Assembly (NCBI RefSeq): GCF_017940685.1
Contig: NZ_JAGAYD010000015.1
Span: 3,785-67,784 of the forward strand
Direction: 5' to 3'
From: Butyrivibrio sp.
GTDB lineage: Bacteria; Bacillota; Clostridia; Lachnospirales; Lachnospiraceae
Length of the DNA: 64,000 nt
This document shows, piece after piece, positions 35,266 to 46,135 of this stretch (its first letter is position 1; every line of letters starts with the position of its first letter). The notes below the pieces were generated by a model. That model worked only from the letters and a program-made list of their open reading frames with translations. It searched no databases and was not told the DNA's origin. The position numbers and the translations under genes were made by a program.

Positions 35266-36249
35266 ATGTTTCAGGACAGAACTCTTAAGAGTATTTTAGA
35301 AGACCCGCTAATTTCAGAGATCTCAAAGGACGCCATTAGCAAGTGGGATTTGTCAAAAGAGGAATTCTATGACTGGACCCTTAAGGATATCGGAGAAAAA
35401 GTGGGCTGGCGCAATATGGCTACTGGCTTTGAGAGACTTTTCGATGTCGCATCCCGCAGGCAGTACTACTACAAATTGTACTCAGAGGATGAGAGGGCCA
35501 GGGACCCTGAGAAGGAAAACATAAATGTGGTATATCTGCCATCAGATGATGAAAAGGCCGCTGACAAGCCCTTTATCCTGCTTGTTCCCGGGGGCGGATT
35601 CGTTAACGTATGGAGCCTTACAGAAGGCTGGCCGGTTGCGGCGCGCTTTAACAAAAAAGGATACAACGTTTTTATCCTGACATACCGTGTCAGCGTTGAT
35701 CTGGCTGCAGTAAAATCTATGGAGGATGTTGCAAGAGCGCTTCAGCTCATCAGATTCCGCAGCGAAGAATTTGGCGTCGATCCAGACAAGTACATTACCT
35801 GCGGATTTTCAGCCGGTGGATATGTAATATGCCTCTGGAATACCGATAAAGGCTACAGGAAGTTTGATCTGCCAAAGCCACAGGCTTGTTTCCCAATATA
35901 TCCTGTCACATCCTACAGGGTTATTCGCGATACCAAATGGGATATCGGTGAGACAAAAGATGCCTATGCTCAGTCCAGTGTTGGATGCAGCCTGGAAGAG
36001 GCCTGCAACAACAGCTTCGAAGTACCGCTCCATGTAGAAGGCTTTCCGCCCACAGCGATCTTTGTAGCGGCAGAGGATGAGCTGGTAGACACAGATCATT
36101 CCAAGAACCTTGCCACTGCGCTTGAGGAAGCCGGGATCAAGGTCAGGTTTGAGATGGGAGAGACCGGCGGACATGGATTTGCTGATGGCGATGGAATGAG
36201 CATGGAGGGCTGGCCTGAGAGGGCAATTGAGTTTTACGAAAGTCTTTAA
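35266..36249 (+). CDS. Alpha/beta hydrolase (esterase)
   Basis: PGGGF, GFSAG nucleophile elbow, ED and GGHGF. Confidence 0.88.
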   Translation: MFQDRTLKSILEDPLISEISKDAISKWDLSKEEFYDWTLKDIGEKVGWRNMATGFERLFDVASRRQYYYKLYSEDERARDPEKENINVVYLPSDDEKAADKPFILLVPGGGFVNVWSLTEGWPVAARFNKKGYNVFILTYRVSVDLAAVKSMEDVARALQLIRFRSEEFGVDPDKYITCGFSAGGYVICLWNTDKGYRKFDLPKPQACFPIYPVTSYRVIRDTKWDIGETKDAYAQSSVGCSLEEACNNSFEVPLHVEGFPPTAIFVAAEDELVDTDHSKNLATALEEAGIKVRFEMGETGGHGFADGDGMSMEGWPERAIEFYESL

Positions 36250-36318
36250 ATATGTTTTTGGCCGGAGAAGGAGTATAATGATAGTAGATAAATAATTCTT
36301 TTTTTGGAGGGCAGGATC

Positions 36319-36492
36319 ATGGAAGTTAAGAATTCAGTTCATGTCACTAAAGAAGATGCAATCTACGATGATCAGGAAAGCGCGGCGCTGTTCACTGATG
36401 ATGTGAGTGATCAGGAGATAAAGCCCGAGATTTCCAGACAATCAACGGTGGCCTTCACCGAGCGGGAACGTTTGTGGGAGGGCATGAAGTAA
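36319..36492 (+). CDS. Small hypothetical protein
   Basis: 57 aa, RBS ggaggg, followed by a terminator. Confidence 0.45.
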   Translation: MEVKNSVHVTKEDAIYDDQESAALFTDDVSDQEIKPEISRQSTVAFTERERLWEGMK

Positions 36493-36512
36493 AATAGAAT
36501 ATCAATGAAACT

Positions 36513-36547
36513 AAAGGCGCAGGATGGAGAAGTCCTGCGCCTTTTTT
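36513..36547 (+). terminator. Intrinsic terminator
   Basis: aaaggcgcagga/tcctgcgccttt stem plus T-tract. Confidence 0.85.
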
Positions 36548-36654
36548 GTGTAGTGTCTATATTTGCGTCTAACAATGTTTCGTGCGGTGATATCTAGATT
36601 TCCTAAAAATGGATATTGCAATTTGGGCGAGAATAAGATATAGTGTCCTTGTTA

Positions 36655-36670
36655 CGGAAAACGTTTTCCG
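36655..36670. promoter_or_regulatory. LacI-family-type operator
   Basis: Perfect palindrome cggaaaacgttttccg immediately upstream of the GH13 RBS. Confidence 0.7.
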
Positions 36671-36683
36671 AAAGGAGATACCC

Positions 36684-38438
36684 ATGTTTTTAAGTGCAAT
36701 ATATCATCGAATGTCAGAGCAGTACTGCTATCCATTGGATACAGAGCAGCTGATCATCAATATCAAAACAGGATATGACGTAGATAAAGTTTATATATAC
36801 TATGGTGATCCGTATGATGCCGGAATAATGGGCGGAAATGAGCGCTGGAGCGGGAAGAAGGAAGAAATCTGCTTCAAGAAAAGGCTTAAGGATCACATCT
36901 GGTGGACCACCACACTCAGGCCGGAATATAAGAGGTGCAAGTATTATTTCGAACTCCATTCCGGAGAGGAAGTAATGTATTACTTTGAGGATGGCTTCTA
37001 TACAGAAGAAGAGATGAATACTGAGGGCAAGACCCTCTCGTATTTCATCATGCCCTGGATGAATCCTGCGGATGTCTGCAAAACTCCCGCCTGGGTCAAT
37101 GATACTGTGTGGTATCAGATCTTTCCCGAGAGGTTCTGTAACGGCGATAAGAGCATAGATCCCGAGGGTGTTATGCCCTGGCAGACCGGAGAAGTGGGAT
37201 TTCATGATTACTACGGCGGAGATATCAGGGGTATAAGAGACAGACTGCCCTACCTCAGGGATCTTGGTATCACCGGCATTTACCTAAATCCGATATTTGA
37301 GGCGCATAGTAATCACAAATACAACACCAGAGATTACAAGAAGGTGGATCCTCAGTTTGGTACCAACGATGACCTTCGCGCACTGGTGGATGAAGCTCAC
37401 GCCATGGGCATCAGAGTCATGCTGGATGCGGTGTTCAACCATACCGGAATTGACCATCCGATGTGGAAGGACATTGTGGAGAAGGGCCAGGAATCTGAAT
37501 ATGCCGACTGGTATATGATAAACAAGTGGCCGTTGGAGAAGGGCAGAGATACGAGGGATGGAAGGTATTACTCTTTTGCCTTTGCAGAGTACATGCCCAA
37601 GCTCAATACCAACAACCCTGCAGTTCAGGACTATCTTCTGGACATCATCAGGTTCTGGATCGAGACCTTTGACATAGATGGACTGCGCTTTGACGTGGGC
37701 AATGAGGTTTCACATTCATTCCTCAAGGCTGTGAGATACATGACCTGCCATATTAAGGACGATTTCTATCTTCTGGGCGAGATCTGGCACGATTCGATCT
37801 CGTGGCTTCGCGGAGATGAGTATGACTCGGTCATGAATTATCCGCTGACTACGGCTATTTCTGACTTCTGGGTTTACAAGAACAGGGGACGCGAGTCTTT
37901 TGAATTCGATATAAACAGATGCTTCACCATGTATTTTGCGCAGGTGAACGATGTTTTGTTCAACCTCCTGGATTCACACGATACCAACAGGCTATTGGAT
38001 AAAGCCTGTCACAACATAGATATCTTTTACCAGCAGCTTGCGGTGCTGTTTACAATGCCCGGAAGCCCCTGCATTTACTACGGTACCGAGGTCGCCATGG
38101 AGGGCTCTTACGACCCGGATTGCAGGCGATGCATGCCCTGGGATGAGATCGATTCCGGTAAAAAAGCTAACGAAATAGCTGAAATGAAGCGCCTCATTGA
38201 GATGAGAAAGACCCTTCAGTCCTGCAAAAGCAGGAACTTCCACTTCCCCAACGATATTGAGGAGAAGAGGGTTATCTCTTTTACCAAGATCGGAGAAAAT
38301 GAGAGCATTCAGGTTTACCTCAACTGCGAGGAAAATGCGGTGAATATCGATATCAGCGGATTTTCCGGCATTGTATATTCCCGTAAATGGAACGATGGTA
38401 ACCTTGAGCCTAACGGAGTGCTGATACTTAAAAAGTAA
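36684..38438 (+). CDS. GH13 neopullulanase/cyclomaltodextrinase-type alpha-glycosidase
   Basis: WYQIFPERF, RFDVGNE, GEIWH, LDSHD catalytic regions; start reassigned to ATG 36684. Confidence 0.92.
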   Translation: MFLSAIYHRMSEQYCYPLDTEQLIINIKTGYDVDKVYIYYGDPYDAGIMGGNERWSGKKEEICFKKRLKDHIWWTTTLRPEYKRCKYYFELHSGEEVMYYFEDGFYTEEEMNTEGKTLSYFIMPWMNPADVCKTPAWVNDTVWYQIFPERFCNGDKSIDPEGVMPWQTGEVGFHDYYGGDIRGIRDRLPYLRDLGITGIYLNPIFEAHSNHKYNTRDYKKVDPQFGTNDDLRALVDEAHAMGIRVMLDAVFNHTGIDHPMWKDIVEKGQESEYADWYMINKWPLEKGRDTRDGRYYSFAFAEYMPKLNTNNPAVQDYLLDIIRFWIETFDIDGLRFDVGNEVSHSFLKAVRYMTCHIKDDFYLLGEIWHDSISWLRGDEYDSVMNYPLTTAISDFWVYKNRGRESFEFDINRCFTMYFAQVNDVLFNLLDSHDTNRLLDKACHNIDIFYQQLAVLFTMPGSPCIYYGTEVAMEGSYDPDCRRCMPWDEIDSGKKANEIAEMKRLIEMRKTLQSCKSRNFHFPNDIEEKRVISFTKIGENESIQVYLNCEENAVNIDISGFSGIVYSRKWNDGNLEPNGVLILKK

Positions 38439-38465
38439 AAGATTTTAACTGATATGTAAGTGTTC

Positions 38466-38498
38466 GAGCTTCCGCATCAAGCGGAGGCTCTTTTTTTT
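38466..38498 (+). terminator. Intrinsic terminator
   Basis: gagcttccgc/gcggaggctc stem plus T8. Confidence 0.85.
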
Positions 38499-38596
38499 AT
38501 AATTTTTTAGGAAATATCGAACACTAATCTATATTATAATGGTAATGTGAGAACTATTGATGTTTAAAAAACACGGTGACGAGAGGAGTAGGACTA

Positions 38597-40702
38597 ATGA
38601 AAAGAAGACCAACGACGGTAATGCTTTCGCTGGCTATTGCCTTTGTCCTGACGGCGTGTTCTGCGGGCTCGCAGGAGGCTGCGGGAGACAGGATCAAGAA
38701 GGAGCTGGATGCTGCACTGAGTAAGGGGTGGGTGGATTCCAATATCTCTGGCTCAGTAAAGGCAGATGTTGAGTACCGTCCCCAGGACGATTTTGCGGCG
38801 GCCAAAAATAAAGCCTGGAAGCAGGAGATTGGAGACAGGTACTACGGTGTATTTCAGGATGTTTCCGATGAAGTCCTTAATAAAATGAAAAAAGCCGTTA
38901 CAGATGAATCAATTCCCGGTGAAGAAGCGGAGGTGCTGAGAAAGTACTATGCGCTTTCATCAGACTGGGATTATAGAAACAGTCAGGGCGTAGAACCTCT
39001 AAAGCCCTATATAGCAGATATTGAATCCATAAGCAGCATGGATGAACTGTATGCTTTCTTTGGTGATCTTGAAAGGAATCCGCTGGCGCTGGCACCTATC
39101 AGCGTAGATGTAATGGATTCATATCATATTGAACAGTATCCTGATATCAATCTCACATATATCGATGTTCCGAAGCTTTCACTTCAGGCCGACAACGGAC
39201 AGACTTATTATGACAAACTGAACGCGGCATCGACTCTGGAAATGTACGAAGCAATAGAGAATAAGGTTATGTACATGCTGGAGCAGCTTGGATATACGCA
39301 GAAGGATGCGAAAAATACCCTTAAGAACTGCCTTAAGTGGGAGAAAAAGGTTGCATCCTCAACTGTGCCTATGGAGCTGGAAGACCTGGAGGAGGGCACA
39401 AAGACCAGGGATGAAGCAGCGAAGATTGCAGGAGATTTCCCGCTAATAGAGCTTTTGGATGCCTGGGGATTTACTGATGCCGAATATATTGTTGTTCCCG
39501 AGTTTTATACTAAGAGGCTGAGCAGACTTTGCAATAAGAGATACCTTGAAAAGATCAAAGATTATATGGTAGTCAATTATTGCCTTAACAGTGCGATGTA
39601 CCTTGACAGAACAACGTTTGAAAAGCTGGACGAATTGTCAAAGTCCAGGAGCTCGCAGCCCATGGATATCGGCCAGTCAGAGCAGCAGAAAGAAGATTCG
39701 TTACAGTTTGAATTCTATATAAGTCGTACTGCAATGCTGGGAGCTCTTAATAAAACTTATGTAGAGAACTATTTTGATGACGCAACCACAGCGGAACTTA
39801 CGGGGCTTACAAAAGACATCATCGATGCATATAACGTTATCTTTGCCGAGGAACCCTGGCTTTCCGACGAGGGTAAGGCAGCATGTCTTGATAAGCTCAA
39901 TAACATAGGGATACATATAGCGTATCAGAGTTTTGAGGTGCTTGATTACAGTAAGGCTCCGTTCAAATCCAAAGAAGAGGGCGGAAGCTTTTTGGATGCC
40001 TATTATGCGATGGAAAGATATCAGATGTATCACACGGCTTTCCTCTCCGGACAGAAATTCAGGAGAGATTACTGGGATCCGATTGCATCTGATGGCTCTA
40101 CTACTATGACAAACGCATTTTATAATCCGGCTACCAATGGAATATATATCTGTGCCGGAATATGTGAGCCGTGCAGTTATGCACCTGATATGACCTATGA
40201 GGAGAAGCTGGCCGGTCTTTGTGCCATAGTCGGACACGAGATAACCCATGGCTTTGACAGAGACGGAGCTCTTTACGACAAGAACGGTTTAAAGAACTCC
40301 TGGATGCCCTATAAGGATCAGGTGGCATTTAGCGATCTCAACGACAAGGTTGCTTCATATTATTCAACTTTAACTCCTTACCCGGGATCCGGTTTGTATA
40401 ATGGCTCAAACCTCACCGGAGAAGCAACAGCAGATATGGGAGGCCTAAAGGCTTGTCTCTATCTGGCATCCAAGGTCCCTGATTTTGATTACGATCTGTT
40501 TTTCAGCTCCTATGCAAGAATTTGGAGGGTCAACATTCCGTTGGAGGCAGAAAAGAACTATTTCGCCAGCGACCCTCATCCTCTTGCTTTCTACAGGATA
40601 AATGTAGGAGTTCAGCAGTTTGATGAGTTTTACGAAACATACGGAGTTGTAGAAGGCGATAGAATGTACCTTGAGCCGGAAAAAAGGATCAAGGTTTGGT
40701 GA
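38597..40702 (+). CDS. M13-family (neprilysin/PepO-like) metallopeptidase lipoprotein
   Basis: Lipobox LTA-C; NAFY, GHEITHGFD, GEATAD. Confidence 0.9.
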   Translation: MKRRPTTVMLSLAIAFVLTACSAGSQEAAGDRIKKELDAALSKGWVDSNISGSVKADVEYRPQDDFAAAKNKAWKQEIGDRYYGVFQDVSDEVLNKMKKAVTDESIPGEEAEVLRKYYALSSDWDYRNSQGVEPLKPYIADIESISSMDELYAFFGDLERNPLALAPISVDVMDSYHIEQYPDINLTYIDVPKLSLQADNGQTYYDKLNAASTLEMYEAIENKVMYMLEQLGYTQKDAKNTLKNCLKWEKKVASSTVPMELEDLEEGTKTRDEAAKIAGDFPLIELLDAWGFTDAEYIVVPEFYTKRLSRLCNKRYLEKIKDYMVVNYCLNSAMYLDRTTFEKLDELSKSRSSQPMDIGQSEQQKEDSLQFEFYISRTAMLGALNKTYVENYFDDATTAELTGLTKDIIDAYNVIFAEEPWLSDEGKAACLDKLNNIGIHIAYQSFEVLDYSKAPFKSKEEGGSFLDAYYAMERYQMYHTAFLSGQKFRRDYWDPIASDGSTTMTNAFYNPATNGIYICAGICEPCSYAPDMTYEEKLAGLCAIVGHEITHGFDRDGALYDKNGLKNSWMPYKDQVAFSDLNDKVASYYSTLTPYPGSGLYNGSNLTGEATADMGGLKACLYLASKVPDFDYDLFFSSYARIWRVNIPLEAEKNYFASDPHPLAFYRINVGVQQFDEFYETYGVVEGDRMYLEPEKRIKVW

Positions 40703-40717
40703 CAGGGAGGGAATAAA

Positions 40718-41539
40718 ATGAGCGAAGCGGTTATTAAACTTGAAAATGTAAATAAATCCTACGGCAAGCACGAAGTGCTTAAAAATGTAAATATGCAGGT
40801 GAACAAGGGTGATATCTACGGCCTTGTAGGCAGGAACGGCGCAGGTAAGACCACGATCTTTAAGATGATCCTGGGCCTGTCCGAGGTAAACTCCGGAAAC
40901 GTATCAATTGTAGGTTCTACAAACAAGAAGGAGCTTCTAAAGAACAGAAGTAAGATCGGCTTTCTGGTTGGATGCAGATTCTACAATTATCTTAATGCGG
41001 AAAATAACCTTAAGTACTTTGCAACTGTAAAGGGCATCCCTAGAAAAGAGCGCAAGCAGGAGATTGCAAGGGTCCTTGAGGTGGTTGGTCTTAAAGGTGT
41101 CAAAAAGCCTGTTAAGTCCTTCTCCCTTGGTATGCAGCAGAGACTTGGAATAGCAAATGCTATCCTTGGAAATCCAGATATCCTTATACTGGACGAACCT
41201 ACAAACGGTCTGGATCCGCAAGGTATTGCCGATATCCGTAACCTGGTAAAAAAGCTCAGGGATGAACATGGCATGACAGTTATCATCTCATCTCACATCC
41301 TTGGTGAACTTGAGCACACAGCGGACAGATTCGGAATCGTCAATGAAGGTTATGTGGTAAAAGAGATCACGCAGCAGGATCTTCAGGAGAATCAGCCGGC
41401 AGTTGAGATTGCAGTAGATGACATTGAAAAGGCCAAGAAGATACTGGAAGAGAACGGAATCAGGATCATGCGTGAGATCACAGAGAAGTCTTCTCTTGAG
41501 GATGTTTATTTCCGACTGATCGGAGGTTCAAATCAATGA
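40718..41539 (+). CDS. ABC transporter ATP-binding protein (bacitracin/multidrug-like)
   Basis: GRNGAGKT, FSLGM, LILDEP. Confidence 0.93.
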   Translation: MSEAVIKLENVNKSYGKHEVLKNVNMQVNKGDIYGLVGRNGAGKTTIFKMILGLSEVNSGNVSIVGSTNKKELLKNRSKIGFLVGCRFYNYLNAENNLKYFATVKGIPRKERKQEIARVLEVVGLKGVKKPVKSFSLGMQQRLGIANAILGNPDILILDEPTNGLDPQGIADIRNLVKKLRDEHGMTVIISSHILGELEHTADRFGIVNEGYVVKEITQQDLQENQPAVEIAVDDIEKAKKILEENGIRIMREITEKSSLEDVYFRLIGGSNQ

Positions 41540-42249
41540 ATAGACTAATGCGAGCAGATTTAAAAAGAATAATAGCCAAACCGTCGATGTATGTGGTCGT
41601 GCTGATACTGGCACTGTTTATTCTCCTTAAGGATGCTGCTGATACATCCGCTGCCCAGATGGAGTTGTACAAGACACTGTTTGGAAACATAGGTCTTATA
41701 TTCATTAGTATCCCGATCTTTCTTTCAGTTTATTCTGATGAGATAAAGAGCGGGATAATGATAAGCATGATCGGAATGGGAATGGAGCGCAAAAACATAG
41801 TGTTCTCCAAACTTAAAGATTCATTTTTCCTGTACTGCGGGACATATCTTATCCTGTATGCCAGTGCAGTAACAAAAGACACTTTAGCAAACCTCCCGGT
41901 ATCGCCCAAACAGAATGCATTTCTGCTTCTGTATTGCGTATACTGCATCATAAGAGGTCTGGGAATAATGGCGCTTGCATCGCTGTTTCTTTTCCTGACC
42001 ATGAGCGCAGCCGGAGGCATGCTGGTACTGGTTCTTGCGGGAGCTGTCGGCTCAGGTCTGCTAAAGGCTGTCCAGGACAAATTTAAAGTCCCGATTTATG
42101 ACATGAGCTATATGGGACTTTTGGATTCGTCCTTTGCTGATTTTCAGGCAGGAAACATCGGATACACGATCATACCGGCACTTTTTTATCTGGCTGTTGT
42201 TGTCGCCATAAATATCGCAATATTTGACAGAAGGGAGATGGATCTATGA
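41536..42249 (+). CDS. ABC-2 type permease
   Basis: Multiple TM segments; coupled to the ATPase. Confidence 0.8.
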   Translation: MNRLMRADLKRIIAKPSMYVVVLILALFILLKDAADTSAAQMELYKTLFGNIGLIFISIPIFLSVYSDEIKSGIMISMIGMGMERKNIVFSKLKDSFFLYCGTYLILYASAVTKDTLANLPVSPKQNAFLLLYCVYCIIRGLGIMALASLFLFLTMSAAGGMLVLVLAGAVGSGLLKAVQDKFKVPIYDMSYMGLLDSSFADFQAGNIGYTIIPALFYLAVVVAINIAIFDRREMDL

Positions 42250-42995
42250 GAAGACTGCTTGAAGCTGATTTAAAACGTGTACTCGTAAAAATACTCCCCT
42301 GGGTACTTCTAGCCGCATGGTTCATATTCGAAGCGATCAGCATTGCAATGAATATTGATAAAAGCCCTGACAGAGACTTCGGTGTGCTGGGTAAGCTTGT
42401 GGGACTGCATTCATTTGCAGCGACGATCATTGGATTTGCAGCACTTCTCGGCATATATGCTGATGAGTTCAAATCCATGGTAATGATAGGGGTAATAGGA
42501 AGGGGGCTGTCGAGAGATAAATTTGTTTTCGGGAAATTTCTGGACCTTTGTCTTCTTACTATTCTGATGGAGCTGATCACTGTTGCTTATGTTTTTATAC
42601 TTAAAGCTGTATTTGGAGTGACATTTTTACCCATTGAGTACAGATTCATGTTCGTATTATTTGTTGCCAGCTTTCTCGAGACAATCGCCTATGTTACAAT
42701 AGCAGCTGTTTTTTATTTCATCTCTGAAAACGCTGCTGTAGGCCTGTTTGCGTATCTCACATTCCAGATCATAATACCTTTATCGCTTGAGCTGATCCTG
42801 CAGCTTACCAATCTCGCCAAGTACCATGCGGAAAGGTATTATGTTTCAGGTATGATGTCTGTCGCATGCTCGGACTTTATTATGGGTGATTTCGCCGGCG
42901 GTCTTGGATATATGCTCATGATGATACTGGTCTACATTTTCGGAGCACTTGGACTGACTATACTCATTTTCAGAAAAAAAGAGCTTGAATTCTAA
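42246..42995 (+). CDS. ABC-2 type permease (paralog)
   Basis: Multiple TM segments; similar N- and C-termini to the preceding permease. Confidence 0.8.
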   Translation: MRRLLEADLKRVLVKILPWVLLAAWFIFEAISIAMNIDKSPDRDFGVLGKLVGLHSFAATIIGFAALLGIYADEFKSMVMIGVIGRGLSRDKFVFGKFLDLCLLTILMELITVAYVFILKAVFGVTFLPIEYRFMFVLFVASFLETIAYVTIAAVFYFISENAAVGLFAYLTFQIIIPLSLELILQLTNLAKYHAERYYVSGMMSVACSDFIMGDFAGGLGYMLMMILVYIFGALGLTILIFRKKELEF

Positions 42996-43128
42996 GTTTG
43001 TTACCGTCGGTATCCTTAACTATATTGAGAAGAAGTAGTTCTACAGGCACAGCAAGTACAGATATGAGCGCAGCAGCTCCTGTACTGATGCTGTGCTTGT
43101 TTTTGTTGTTGGAATTGTTATTACTCAT
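42970..43128 (-). CDS. Possible small membrane peptide
   Basis: 52 aa MSNNNSNNKNKH...ALISVLAVPVELLLLNIV; weak RBS aggata; follows the cysteine hydrolase gene. Confidence 0.3.
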   Translation of the reverse strand: MSNNNSNNKNKHSISTGAAALISVLAVPVELLLLNIVKDTDGNKLRIQALFF

Positions 43129-43149
43129 GGTATATATCCTTTCTATAAA

Positions 43150-43602
43150 TCAGGTATTGATCACTACTACACCAGCATCTGTCAGTTCTTCAAGTGTCTT
43201 TTCAAATATCTTTTCATTCTTAGCGGCTGTACACCTAAGGTTAAGAGTTACCTTGTAACCTGCGCTGACAGCATCCAGGCAGGTTTTCTTTACACAGCTA
43301 TTGCCATCTACGCCTATTACCTCAAGGTCAGTGATGTTCAGGCTCTTTAGCTCTTTTGCAAAAGAATCATTTGTAAAGGCGCTTGGAAAGCTCTTTTCAT
43401 AGATGTGATCTGAGACCATGAGGAGGTCTTTGGCCAGGGCGTAGCTATCGTTATCGCCATGGATACCTATGTTACGGACATAGAATACCTGATCACAGTC
43501 TGACTTTGCCGCAATAATCCTGGCGTTGATCCTTGATACAAGGCTAGCGTCATAGTAGCTCAGGTATTTTTCTTGGACATCGATTACTAAAAGAGTCTTC
43601 AT
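43150..43602 (-). CDS. Isochorismatase-like cysteine hydrolase
   Basis: LLVIDVQ, K...SAF, GVDGNSCV; start reassigned to ATG 43602. Confidence 0.88.
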   Translation of the reverse strand: MKTLLVIDVQEKYLSYYDASLVSRINARIIAAKSDCDQVFYVRNIGIHGDNDSYALAKDLLMVSDHIYEKSFPSAFTNDSFAKELKSLNITDLEVIGVDGNSCVKKTCLDAVSAGYKVTLNLRCTAAKNEKIFEKTLEELTDAGVVVINT

Positions 43603-43773
43603 ACGGTAATTATAAAATATTTTTTGCCACATTTTCTATTCCACGCTATAAATGATCCTTTGTTGGGGCAAAGTAGGACAGGGCGAAAATCCTTGGCATA
43701 TTTCTTTTTTTCTTCGAGGTAAAAAGAGGTATTAGTAGAAAATGGTGTAAACTGATATAAGGAGGGCTAAATC

Positions 43774-44424
43774 ATGCTTGTCGGAATCGTTTCAGACACC
43801 CACGGGATGCTGCGCCAAGAAGTGAAAGATGGATTAAAAGGCGTGGACATGATCATCCATGCTGGTGACATAGACTGTCAGTCTGTGCTGGATCAGCTCA
43901 AAGAGATTTCATCTTCCCTGACTGTCGTCAGGGGCAATGCTGACAAGGAGTGGGCTGAGCATATTCCTCAGACTGCTAGGCTGGAAATTCTTGGAAACAA
44001 GATCTTTGTCATCCATAACAAAGGAAAGATTTCTGAAGATGTCGTTGATACCGACATCATAATCTACGGACACAGCCATAAGTATTCTAACGTGGAAAAA
44101 GATGGGCAGATCTGGTTCAACCCTGGCTGTTGTGGGAAAAGAAGACCAGACCAGGAAATTACTTTTGCTATTCTTGAAATTCGAGGCAAAGGAGATTTTG
44201 AGTTCAGGAAAATGGTCGTTGGAAACGACCAAAAAGAAACAAAACTTCCCAAGGACATCGACAAGATAATCTCAAAAGCTATGAAGCTCACTGATAAGGG
44301 AAAGAGCTTTGAAGAGATTGCAAAGGCATGTAAGATATCAGAGGAATTAGCAGAGAGCATCTGCCGGATGTACCTGACTCATCCCGGAGTTGATGTGGCA
44401 GGAATACTGCAAAGAATTTCTTAA
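43774..44424 (+). CDS. YfcE-like metallophosphoesterase with C-terminal HTH-like tail
   Basis: SDTHG, HAGD, GNAD, GHSH, NPG. Confidence 0.88.
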   Translation: MLVGIVSDTHGMLRQEVKDGLKGVDMIIHAGDIDCQSVLDQLKEISSSLTVVRGNADKEWAEHIPQTARLEILGNKIFVIHNKGKISEDVVDTDIIIYGHSHKYSNVEKDGQIWFNPGCCGKRRPDQEITFAILEIRGKGDFEFRKMVVGNDQKETKLPKDIDKIISKAMKLTDKGKSFEEIAKACKISEELAESICRMYLTHPGVDVAGILQRIS

Positions 44425-44445
44425 TGTATAAACGGAGATTTATTC

Positions 44446-44958
44446 ATGATAAAGCTGAATGATTATTTTCATTTAGACAAACAAGCTACAAAAGGTAGCA
44501 TGAGTTTATCCGGAAAGTTGGAAGCTATTGTAGGTAATTATTTTGTTAGTGGCGAAGGTAATCCGGACGAAACAATCTATACGATTTATTACGATCCTAC
44601 AATTGACAGCTATTATGATTCTGTTGAACTTGTCGACAAGAACCTGATTGGTTATGTGACTTCAGACTATGAATATGCTTTTATCAAAAAGTCAGTCCTT
44701 GAGAAATTTAAAAGGGATACTGAGGAATATAACATGACGATTATCCCTGTTGATGATCTTGACGGCCAGGAACTGTCAATAAATGATGAGTGCAGTCTTC
44801 CGGACTGTGTTTCAGCAGTGACATGGATCAGGGATGATTTTCTGTATGATAAGGATATTGAGTTTGACTATGATGCGTTTGAAAAGATAGATAGTGGAAT
44901 GAAGTATCTTAATCCGGATCATTTTTCGGTCAAGGAGCTTATCAGGGCAATTCATTAA
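44446..44958 (+). CDS. Hypothetical acidic protein
   Basis: 170-aa ORF, RBS ggag. Confidence 0.65.
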   Translation: MIKLNDYFHLDKQATKGSMSLSGKLEAIVGNYFVSGEGNPDETIYTIYYDPTIDSYYDSVELVDKNLIGYVTSDYEYAFIKKSVLEKFKRDTEEYNMTIIPVDDLDGQELSINDECSLPDCVSAVTWIRDDFLYDKDIEFDYDAFEKIDSGMKYLNPDHFSVKELIRAIH

Positions 44959-44984
44959 CCGGATGAATCAAAGGATATTATGAA

Positions 44985-45395
44985 ATGACAGAGCTTTTAG
45001 AGAAACTAAAAAAGATCGACCACGAGATTGAAGGAGAAGAGTTTACCCAGTATGGGGCAACGTACTTCTTTGCTTTTGATGTCCTTGAAGGTGCTGCTGA
45101 TGATCTTTCTATTCTTGAGAAGTACTTTATGGAGCTAGAACTTTCTCCTCCGCTTAATAAGATAAGCCTAATGGAGATAGACGATCCGCAAGGGAATATG
45201 AATAAGATTGCTACTCAATTTCATTTTGCACCGGAACCCTCACAGCTCCTTTGTGAGATTGCAAAAAATGAGGGAGGATATTATAAGGTGTGTGAGGATG
45301 GTGATTGTCTATCCAGAGGGAATCTTATGGATATCTTCCGTATAATTAAGGATGGAAAAGACATGATCGTCCTGTGGTTTTACTTATGTGATTAA
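44985..45395 (+). CDS. Hypothetical protein
   Basis: 136-aa ORF. Confidence 0.6.
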   Translation: MTELLEKLKKIDHEIEGEEFTQYGATYFFAFDVLEGAADDLSILEKYFMELELSPPLNKISLMEIDDPQGNMNKIATQFHFAPEPSQLLCEIAKNEGGYYKVCEDGDCLSRGNLMDIFRIIKDGKDMIVLWFYLCD

Positions 45396-45409
45396 GAAGA
45401 GTTATCAAT

Positions 45410-46042
45410 ATGGATTTGGAAGGGAATAACATGTACGCGAAAGAAGCAGGTTTTAGAAGACTTTATAAACATTTTTGTGTTATCAAAGCTCTTGAAAGTG
45501 ATTTAGACAAATTAAGGGATCTGACCGGAGAAAGGATCCCTGAGTATTTTCTTGCGTTCGGATTCATAGATAAAGAACAGGGGCTGATGTTTGAAGTGAT
45601 TGCTTGTGCTGAGAAGATCCTTGAAGGATTCCGTTTTGCCAAAACAAGAGCAGACATCAGGATCCCCATATGCTACAGGGACCTTATGGACAGGGAAGTA
45701 TTTCTTCTTGAGGACCACATTCTTCACGAGCAGTATAAAGAAAAAGTGGCTATATTAAAGACCTATGATGTTTCAGATGACGTAGAGGAGACAAGGAGAC
45801 TGTCCCTGATAGATGACTGCAGGGACACATTCCATCCGGATGATATACTGGTCTATTTCCTGAAAGAAGGATTGGAAGCAGAAGGTTGCTGGGTAAGAGC
45901 GAAGAGAGTTGGCGAAAAGAACATCGTTGGGACGCTCATAAATGACCCCAACCAGTATTTTGGAGTGCGAAAAGGTGATGATATTGAGTTCAGGCTATCC
46001 GAAACAGATGATAAGAAACTCGTATGTGTAAAGAGATTCTGA
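45410..46042 (+). CDS. Hypothetical protein
   Basis: 210-aa ORF; EGCWVR...GTLINDP motif. Confidence 0.65.
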   Translation: MDLEGNNMYAKEAGFRRLYKHFCVIKALESDLDKLRDLTGERIPEYFLAFGFIDKEQGLMFEVIACAEKILEGFRFAKTRADIRIPICYRDLMDREVFLLEDHILHEQYKEKVAILKTYDVSDDVEETRRLSLIDDCRDTFHPDDILVYFLKEGLEAEGCWVRAKRVGEKNIVGTLINDPNQYFGVRKGDDIEFRLSETDDKKLVCVKRF

Positions 46043-46097
46043 TGCAAACTGCAATTAACCACGTTGATTGAGGAAAAAAATCTCTATTTACAAAGCA

Positions 46098-46109
46098 GAA
46101 CACGTGTTC
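46098..46109. promoter_or_regulatory. LexA (SOS) box
   Basis: gaac-acgt-gttc matches the Firmicutes GAAC-N4-GTTC box. Confidence 0.75.
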
Positions 46110-46135
46110 TATCATTGTTTTTAGAGGATATTGTA